Below the pieces are notes generated by a model. It had not been told where the DNA came from. It worked only from the letters and a program-made list of their open reading frames with translations, and ran no database searches. Made by a program: the position numbers and the translations under genes. Source: an uncultured Methanosarcinales archaeon (GTDB lineage Archaea; Nanobdellota; Nanobdellia; Woesearchaeales; UBA9642). From it: a stretch of DNA of 16,719 nt. This document shows, in pieces, positions 6,552 through 12,365 of this stretch (position 1 is the stretch's first letter; every line of letters begins with the position of its first letter). The stretch lies in assembly GCA_964522135.1 (NCBI GenBank), contig CAZFVG010000011.1:1-16719 (forward strand). Reading direction: 5' to 3'.

Positions 6552-7006
6552 TAGCAGACCATAAAGTCAACATACTCGGGGAAGAGAATGGATTGGAATT
6601 AGATGTGAATGAAGCATACGTAGAATTATTCAGGTTCAAGACTATCGGAGACACAGCGGGCCTTCATAACTACATCAACGGATATGTAAGATCAGAGGTA
6701 AATAGAAAAGTAGACACAAAAGACCATCCGTACAGCATTACCAAAGACGTCTTAAATTCTTTCGATGCATTCTGCGCAGCGGCTGATTATTATGTTAAAG
6801 ATAGTGTCAAGATAGATCGTTTCAAGGGAAACGAAGAGGTCTTAAAGCAGAGAAAACAATTAACACATAACGCTCTCCAAGTCGGAAGGATGATATTCAA
6901 ACATATGAAACCTGTAGAAGGCGGAATAAGAGAATTTTACGAAGGAGCAATGAATCACCATCCCGATATGGCAGATGAATACGTGAATAGTATAACATCA
7001 CATTGA
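6548..7006 (+). CDS. Hypothetical protein, paralog B of a tandem pair
   Basis: 152-aa ORF with an ATGA overlap to the upstream gene. Compare EGGIREFYEGAMNHHPDMADEYVNSI with EGPIRAFYRNTTGYHPKNRQDTVDAYPERI in paralog A. Confidence 0.7.
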   Translation: MIADHKVNILGEENGLELDVNEAYVELFRFKTIGDTAGLHNYINGYVRSEVNRKVDTKDHPYSITKDVLNSFDAFCAAADYYVKDSVKIDRFKGNEEVLKQRKQLTHNALQVGRMIFKHMKPVEGGIREFYEGAMNHHPDMADEYVNSITSH

Positions 7007-7051
7007 TGATAAGGCGCAAAATTAATAAATTTCAAGATATAAGATTTTTCT

Positions 7052-7819
7052 ATGGGGCATTCTCAGATAACATTTCTAGGAACGGTCGGCGACATCTTGG
7101 AGATAAAGCACAACAGGACTGGCGCAGGGATAATCCTTGATGTAGACGGAACGCAAATCCTGATAGATCCAGGGATAGGCACTATAGTTCGCGCGTCTCA
7201 GGCGAATATTGAACTCAAGAAGACTAAGATAATCCTATGCAGCTCATCAGAATTATCACGGACAAACGATCTTGACGCATCGATAGAATTCACAGACAAA
7301 GACATACACTTAGTATGCCCAAAAGGCACTGGAATAAGACCCGAATACCAAAAGCATCTCAAGACGGTATTAGTCGATGAGGACAAATCGACGCACATAA
7401 AAAATATCGACATAGACGCATACTTCTACGAGAACTCACTATCGTTCAAATTGACAACGCCAAGATTTGTACTAGGATATATAACAAAGGCAAAACACTC
7501 CAAAGCATTAATTGAAAAGTTCAACGACACAAACATATTCATAATCAACCTTTACAACGCAAAAAAAGAGAAAAACGATTACCTCGCGCCAGAAGAGATA
7601 CGCGACATAATAAAAGAAGTAAATCCAGAACTTGTCATACTGAACGGTTTCAGCAAAAAAGCACTTGAGGCAGATCCTCTGGATATCTCAAGAAAGATGA
7701 AACTAGGATTAAACACTAAAACACAGATAATCCCTGCAAAAGAACTAATGACGATAAATCCAGACGCGTACAACGTAGTTCTCAAACAGAAGAAACTGAA
7801 AGGATTCCTAGGTGAATAG
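7052..7819 (+). CDS. Metallo-beta-lactamase-fold protein with degenerate metal-binding motifs (probable pseudoenzyme)
   Basis: The N-terminus ITFLGTVG...RTGAGIILDVDGTQILIDPGIG is a classic MBL beta-sandwich start. Where H-x-H-x-D-H is expected the sequence reads ILCSSSELSRTNDL. The C-terminal ...ELVILNGFS replaces the usual ...LVLTHFS/H. TTAATAAA (7022-7029) is centred about 26 nt upstream of the ATG. Confidence 0.65.
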   Translation: MGHSQITFLGTVGDILEIKHNRTGAGIILDVDGTQILIDPGIGTIVRASQANIELKKTKIILCSSSELSRTNDLDASIEFTDKDIHLVCPKGTGIRPEYQKHLKTVLVDEDKSTHIKNIDIDAYFYENSLSFKLTTPRFVLGYITKAKHSKALIEKFNDTNIFIINLYNAKKEKNDYLAPEEIRDIIKEVNPELVILNGFSKKALEADPLDISRKMKLGLNTKTQIIPAKELMTINPDAYNVVLKQKKLKGFLGE

Positions 7820-7820
7820 C

Positions 7821-8186
7821 ATGAGTCTGAGATATATAGCTTCGTTGGAAAGTAGGATTAGACCAGAAAATACAGTTAGTCTCAAAGAACTTCTTGGTGA
7901 TGATCCTGAAACAGTACAGGACTATGAATATATAAGAAATCTCGTACAGGTAAATCTCTTTTCAAGATTCGAGCAGAGAAAAAAATATGCTATGAACAAG
8001 CTATATAAATATTTCAGTCCGTGGATAAAAATATGTACAATCACCGATAAAGAATTATTGTACGCTTACTTATCTGTAACAAAAGATAGAAATGCGTTCC
8101 TCCTTATTGGGACTTATGACGCTAATAGACCTGCCCTCGAAGAACTTCCATCTGAAGAAGAGAAAAAGAAATGGCCTAAAAAATAA
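7821..8186 (+). CDS. Hypothetical small protein (121 aa) with acidic/Lys-rich tail
   Basis: ORF 7812..8186. ATG 7821 is preferred because AGGTGA (7809-7814) lies 6 nt upstream. It starts 1 nt after the stop of the MBL-fold gene. Confidence 0.6.
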   Translation: MSLRYIASLESRIRPENTVSLKELLGDDPETVQDYEYIRNLVQVNLFSRFEQRKKYAMNKLYKYFSPWIKICTITDKELLYAYLSVTKDRNAFLLIGTYDANRPALEELPSEEEKKKWPKK

Positions 8187-8188
8187 TT

Positions 8189-9145
8189 CTAAAGTATTCC
8201 TATCAATAGTATTATGGCCCATCCTATCAGGCATCCTGCCGTGACAAATGGCATTGCTGGATAGAACTTATCTTTCTTTGCGAACATGAACAATAATCCT
8301 AGCGCTATCGTTGTTGTTAGTGTGATTATTGACGCGTGCAGGAATGCTGAGGATTTTGACATTCCTTCGAGCAAGAGTCCATTCATTACTGTTCCTGAAA
8401 ATATTAGTGGGAACGCTATGTCGCCGCCGCCAAGGATTGCTGTCTTAGGGCCGCTTGCAACCTTAATTTTCCCTTTCGAAACTATCATCTTGACATTCTT
8501 CTGCTTTCTCGGCTTCAAACTATCAGGAGTAGTGTAAGGTATCATAAGGCCAGCGAATACTTTGCTTTGTGTCTGGAATTCTGCCATTTTGACCATGTGC
8601 TTGCTATGCCACACAGCGTATATATCATATATTGATATTATGACAAGAAGGACTATTGCCCATGTCACATCGAATATTGGGACGAGTATGAGTCCGATTC
8701 CCGCGTACTTCAATACTTCTGTTATGTTGTGGATTAATATGTTCGGCTTGAATAGTTTCCATATCGTTAGCAGGAGCGCTATAAATATTGCAATATCGAA
8801 CTGAAAATAGACATTCGTCTTGATTATTGCGCCAATAGACACTGAACTCGTCATCCATACCGCAAAGAAGAACCATGTCTTCCATATGTTCACTTTGCCG
8901 TACTTGACTATCAATAGGACAAGCATCGTTCCAATAAATATCGCGATAAGAACGTATATTAGACTACCAGAGCCTGTAGTTTCAGGACGCGGTCCAACTG
9001 CAGTATCATTAAATGTGACAACAGTCTCATTTATGGATTTGTCGAAAGATACGTGAGACTCTTTATTGATGAGCCATAAGCCTACGACTTGTGAAAGTAT
9101 GAAAAATGATATCAATACCAATGTTACAGTCAAAGTGTGTTTCAT
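8189..9145 (-). CDS. Presenilin / signal-peptide-peptidase-like intramembrane aspartyl protease (A22 family, archaeal PSH type)
   Basis: Polytopic 318-aa protein with the catalytic signatures in the correct order: YD (VIISIYDIYAVW), GxGD (AILGGGDIAFPLIF) and a PAL-like motif (FYPAMPFVTAG). Confidence 0.8.
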   Translation of the reverse strand: MKHTLTVTLVLISFFILSQVVGLWLINKESHVSFDKSINETVVTFNDTAVGPRPETTGSGSLIYVLIAIFIGTMLVLLIVKYGKVNIWKTWFFFAVWMTSSVSIGAIIKTNVYFQFDIAIFIALLLTIWKLFKPNILIHNITEVLKYAGIGLILVPIFDVTWAIVLLVIISIYDIYAVWHSKHMVKMAEFQTQSKVFAGLMIPYTTPDSLKPRKQKNVKMIVSKGKIKVASGPKTAILGGGDIAFPLIFSGTVMNGLLLEGMSKSSAFLHASIITLTTTIALGLLFMFAKKDKFYPAMPFVTAGCLIGWAIILLIGIL

Positions 9146-9146
9146 G

Positions 9147-9563
9147 TTATCCCTTATTCCCTATCCTGCTGTCCGATTTCCTTCTCCTCTCGTTTCTTGT
9201 ATAGAAATATATAATTGCCGCCATAGATATTACTCCTATGAGTATATCCATTCCGGAATTCGCAAGGCTTTCCTGGCCGGAAAACCTAGTTCCGCGTAAG
9301 AGAGTATTCTCTATTATCTCCCAGATAATTATTGATGCAAAAAGCAATGAAAGAGCTATTTTTCTCAGTTTAATATTATCATAAGTGTAAGCCAGGATAA
9401 AAAACGCCGTCCCTCCTGTAGATAAGGCATGGATTATGGAGTAGTAATCAAGCGCCGCTATGTTCGGTATCGCAACTATTCCAGACAACGTCAAAAGATA
9501 ATTGGCCAATAATATAACAATCAGAAATATCAGAAAATATATTATTAAATTCTTTTTTCTCAT
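9147..9563 (-). CDS. Small polytopic membrane protein (about 4 TM), function unknown (weak VanZ-like resemblance)
   Basis: Internal ATG 9563 of ORF 9147..9716 forms an ATGA overlap with the DedA stop. The upstream 51 codons lie inside the DedA gene. The stop is 1 nt before the presenilin ATG. The WEIIEN...GTRFSGQESLANSGMDILIG segment loosely recalls the VanZ motif; this is not confirmed. Confidence 0.6.
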   Translation of the reverse strand: MRKKNLIIYFLIFLIVILLANYLLTLSGIVAIPNIAALDYYSIIHALSTGGTAFFILAYTYDNIKLRKIALSLLFASIIIWEIIENTLLRGTRFSGQESLANSGMDILIGVISMAAIIYFYTRNERRRKSDSRIGNKG

Positions 9564-10204
9564 TTCTTTCTCCTCTTGAACTTCACTCTGAAGTATTGTA
9601 TGGCAGGAGGAATGACCGACGCGAATATTATTATCAGTATGACCAACGTGAAATGTTCCTGCACCCATGCAAGGTTTCCGAAGAAATATCCGCCGAAGCA
9701 GAAGAGCGCAACCCATGTAATCCCGCCGATGAAGTTATACAGAAAAAATTTCCAATAATCCATCTCGCCGACGCCAGCAAGGAATGGAGCGAATGTCCGA
9801 ACGAACGGGACAAACCTTGCAAGTATTATAGTCTCAGAACCATATTTGTCAAAATATTTTTCCGTCTCCTCGAGGTGCCTCTTGCTCAGGAATTTTACAT
9901 GTTTATGGAGGAGTTCCGTCCCGATGAATCTTCCTATCCAGTAATTTGCTGTGTCACCGAGCACAGCCGCTGCAACGAATATCGCATAGAGCAGCCAGAT
10001 GTTGAGAAGGCCGCTTCCTGCCATTGTCCCTGCGGCAAAAATTAATGAATCTCCTGGAAGGAAGGGTGTGAAGACGAATCCTGTCTCAAGAAATATCACA
10101 AAGAAGAGTATTCCATAAGTCCATGGGCCATACGTGGTTATCAATGCTCCTATATACTTGTCTAGATGAAGTATGATATCGATGATGTTACTAATCAGCC
10201 CCAT
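9560..10204 (-). CDS. DedA family (SNARE-associated/VTT domain) membrane protein
   Basis: Typical DedA pattern: FLE(T)G....PFLPGDSL(I)FAAG.......L.......(F)(V)AAVLGD..NYWIGR..G...........L......EKYF.KYG...I.LARF.PFVRTFAPF.AG...M.Y..F..YN..GG..W. Confidence 0.85.
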   Translation of the reverse strand: MGLISNIIDIILHLDKYIGALITTYGPWTYGILFFVIFLETGFVFTPFLPGDSLIFAAGTMAGSGLLNIWLLYAIFVAAAVLGDTANYWIGRFIGTELLHKHVKFLSKRHLEETEKYFDKYGSETIILARFVPFVRTFAPFLAGVGEMDYWKFFLYNFIGGITWVALFCFGGYFFGNLAWVQEHFTLVILIIIFASVIPPAIQYFRVKFKRRKK

Positions 10205-10224
10205 CCTTCAATAGTTACCACAGT

Positions 10225-10233
10225 ATTTAAAAA
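10225..10233. promoter_or_regulatory. Shared bidirectional TATA region (ATTTAAAAA) between divergent leaderless genes
   Basis: The centre is about 26 nt from ATG 10204 on the minus strand (DedA) and about 27 nt from ATG 10258 on the plus strand. A second TTTAAAAA at 10247-10254 is about 26 nt from the alternative ATG 10276. Confidence 0.4.
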
Positions 10234-10257
10234 AGTTCTGGAAAAGTTTAAAAATAT

Positions 10258-10740
10258 ATGTCGATTAATAGCTTCATGAGATACTTACTTAACGCGCATA
10301 TAACGGTCTTTCTCAAGCCCGAAGAGTACCTGAAATACGAGCCATTGATTGAGAACACTAAGAACACCATAAAGAAACTTGTGCCGCTCGATTTCGAGAC
10401 AGAGAAATTATCGATAATCGAAGAGAGCCTGGAAAGTTTCGAGAACAAGAAGATAAAAAAATTCTCGCTTAAAATAGAGAAAGAGTCTCATACTAATACA
10501 TTTCTGAAATCATTGAACGAACACCTGAAACCTGAGCAGAAGCAAAAAATACTCGAACAGGCAGAATCAAGACTTGATGAAGAATTATGTTTTTTTATAA
10601 GGCTTGACAAATTCAAACTACTCCATGACGAATACTGGCTCACAGATTCAGGGGACTGCTTTCACATAAAGATGGGCATTGCAGCATTCCCAAGAAAAAA
10701 AGAAGCGGCACTCAAAGTTGTTGAGGAGATATTCAAGTAA
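10258..10740 (+). CDS. Hypothetical protein (possibly DUF54/COG1931-like predicted RNA-binding protein)
   Basis: 160-aa ORF. The N-terminal ...ITVFLKPEE... and C-terminal ...FFIRLDK... segments recall the archaeal DUF54 pattern (VHPTED ... RLDKQ), but this is from memory and weak. The start could be ATG 10276. Confidence 0.45.
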   Translation: MSINSFMRYLLNAHITVFLKPEEYLKYEPLIENTKNTIKKLVPLDFETEKLSIIEESLESFENKKIKKFSLKIEKESHTNTFLKSLNEHLKPEQKQKILEQAESRLDEELCFFIRLDKFKLLHDEYWLTDSGDCFHIKMGIAAFPRKKEAALKVVEEIFK

Positions 10741-10784
10741 ATATCTAGGAAAATATTTATAAACGTAGGTCTCGTCCGAGTATA

Positions 10785-11525
10785 ATGACATATCCGATAC
10801 ATGAAAATAAGTATCTAGAAAAATCATTATTTACAGCAAAAGAATTTATTAGATACAGGTATGAGAATGGAAATTATCCTAAAAAGTATATAATAATATT
10901 CCAAAAATCTTCAGAAAGGTATGTCAAGAGAAAGTATCATGCCAAGAAAAATGTTAATGGATCACAAGCGGGGCACATGTATACTTACAAAGACATCGGA
11001 TTCTTTAAGATGAATGGAATTGGAGCCCCTCATGCAGTCACAGTAATTGAAGAATTGATTGCATTAGGCGGTAAAGAGTTCATAATTGTAGGTACGGCTG
11101 GCGGATTGCAAGGTTTTGGAGTGAGTGTATGTAATAGGGCGATTAGAGATGAAGGAACAAGCTATCATTACATACCACACGGAAAATATTCTTATCCAGA
11201 TGATAGATTAACCAAGAGATTGAGTAAGAGCATGGAATGTATAGGACTACAATACACTGTAGGAACTACATGGACTATAGATGCACCGTATAGAGAAACA
11301 AAGGCAGAAATAAGCAGACATAAGAAAGATGGCGTGAGAAGTGTAGAGATGGAAGCATCAGCACTATTTGCATTAGCAAAAGTTCGAAAAGTAAAAATTG
11401 CGGCAGCATTTTCTATATCGGACTTAGTCGGCGGAGATAAATGGAGTCCACAATTTCACAAGCATAATGTAAAAGATAATTTACATAAGACTATAGATGC
11501 GGCAGTATACTGCTTATCTAAGTAA
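10785..11525 (+). CDS. Nucleoside phosphorylase (PNP_UDP_1 family, uridine/purine nucleoside phosphorylase-like)
   Basis: GIGAPHAVTVIEELIALGGKEFIIVGTAGGL, RDEGTSYHY, TTWTIDAPYRET and VEMEASALF are the family's phosphate- and ribose-binding blocks. ATTTATAAA (10755-10763) is centred about 26 nt upstream of the ATG. Confidence 0.85.
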   Translation: MTYPIHENKYLEKSLFTAKEFIRYRYENGNYPKKYIIIFQKSSERYVKRKYHAKKNVNGSQAGHMYTYKDIGFFKMNGIGAPHAVTVIEELIALGGKEFIIVGTAGGLQGFGVSVCNRAIRDEGTSYHYIPHGKYSYPDDRLTKRLSKSMECIGLQYTVGTTWTIDAPYRETKAEISRHKKDGVRSVEMEASALFALAKVRKVKIAAAFSISDLVGGDKWSPQFHKHNVKDNLHKTIDAAVYCLSK

Positions 11526-11579
11526 AATATATAAACCAGCTCATCTGGTTAACGTCATAGTTAAAAATTGAGGTGTAAA

Positions 11580-11822
11580 ATGAAATATGCTCACTTGTCC
11601 GCTGGGTTCATGCTTACTAGTATCATAGGTTTTCTTGTATCTGCACTCTTTGTGATGCCGATATCGGAGTCGTGGGGGTTCACGTTCGCACTATTCTTTA
11701 CGATAATGTTCGTCGCGTCCATCATAAGCATGACGAAAGCGGATTTTACGGACAAGGAATTGCAAGGGGAACTTGCCATCCATGAGAAGATTGCAAAGAA
11801 GACTTGGCGAAAGAAGAAGTGA
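11580..11822 (+). CDS. Small membrane protein (2 TM) with basic C-terminus
   Basis: ORF 11568..11822 (TTG in the track). ATG 11580 is preferred because GAGGTG (11569-11574) lies 5 nt upstream. It has two hydrophobic helices followed by ...KKTWRKKK. Confidence 0.55.
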   Translation: MKYAHLSAGFMLTSIIGFLVSALFVMPISESWGFTFALFFTIMFVASIISMTKADFTDKELQGELAIHEKIAKKTWRKKK

Positions 11823-11838
11823 ATCATTCTTACAGCAT

Positions 11839-12357
11839 ATGAAGAATAATATAATACATAGAGAGAAGTATACAGGGAAAAGCCTTGTAGAGATGGATGG
11901 AAAGATAATCAGTATAAGCGATGCTGAACTGAACAAGAAGTATTCAATACATGGGGTTATACGGCTGTGGCCGAAAGATTTCGCCCTTCTCAAGAATCAT
12001 AAATACCTGACGCACTTTAACTTGCAGATATCAAATCATAAGAAAGGCAAAAGATACGCCCTTGTAAAGATATTGAAGCCTGGATATTTCGACGGAGAAA
12101 AAGAGATACTTCCAATCCTTACATTCAAGGATGCGGCGATAGCGCAATGCATCTCCACAAGAGAACATGTAGGCTACGATTCTATAATAGAAAGAGATTT
12201 CACTCATAGTTTCCGAAATATACAGAACGTTACAGAATTGAAAAAAGAGATTCTTAGAAGATACAAAAAAAGTATGGCGCATGTGAGCGATAAGAAAAAA
12301 TTGGGTGTGGGCGTTGGCATAACAGAATTGAAAATATTGAGAAGGATAAAAAGATAA
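11839..12357 (+). CDS. Hypothetical protein (172 aa), basic, no family recognised
   Basis: Internal ATG 11839 of ORF 11773..12357; the upstream part overlaps the previous gene. It is convergent with the HerA-like gene, with 8 nt between the stops. Confidence 0.55.
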   Translation: MKNNIIHREKYTGKSLVEMDGKIISISDAELNKKYSIHGVIRLWPKDFALLKNHKYLTHFNLQISNHKKGKRYALVKILKPGYFDGEKEILPILTFKDAAIAQCISTREHVGYDSIIERDFTHSFRNIQNVTELKKEILRRYKKSMAHVSDKKKLGVGVGITELKILRRIKR

Positions 12358-12365
12358 ATCATCTC

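Noticed and set aside
9564-9716. Upstream extension of the 9147..9716 minus-strand ORF
   Set aside because: It lies entirely within the DedA coding region in another frame. The ATGA junction at 9560-9563 and the hydrophobic N-terminus starting at MRKKNLIIYF fit ATG 9563.
9596-10045. 149-aa plus-strand ORF antisense to DedA
   Set aside because: It is antisense to a confidently identified gene and has low-complexity, Cys/Arg-rich composition with no start signals.
11534-11550. Hairpin AACCAG-ctcat-CTGGTT after the nucleoside phosphorylase gene as a terminator
   Set aside because: The stem is only 6 bp and no oligo-T tract follows. Archaeal termination relies mainly on T-runs, so I did not list it as a feature.
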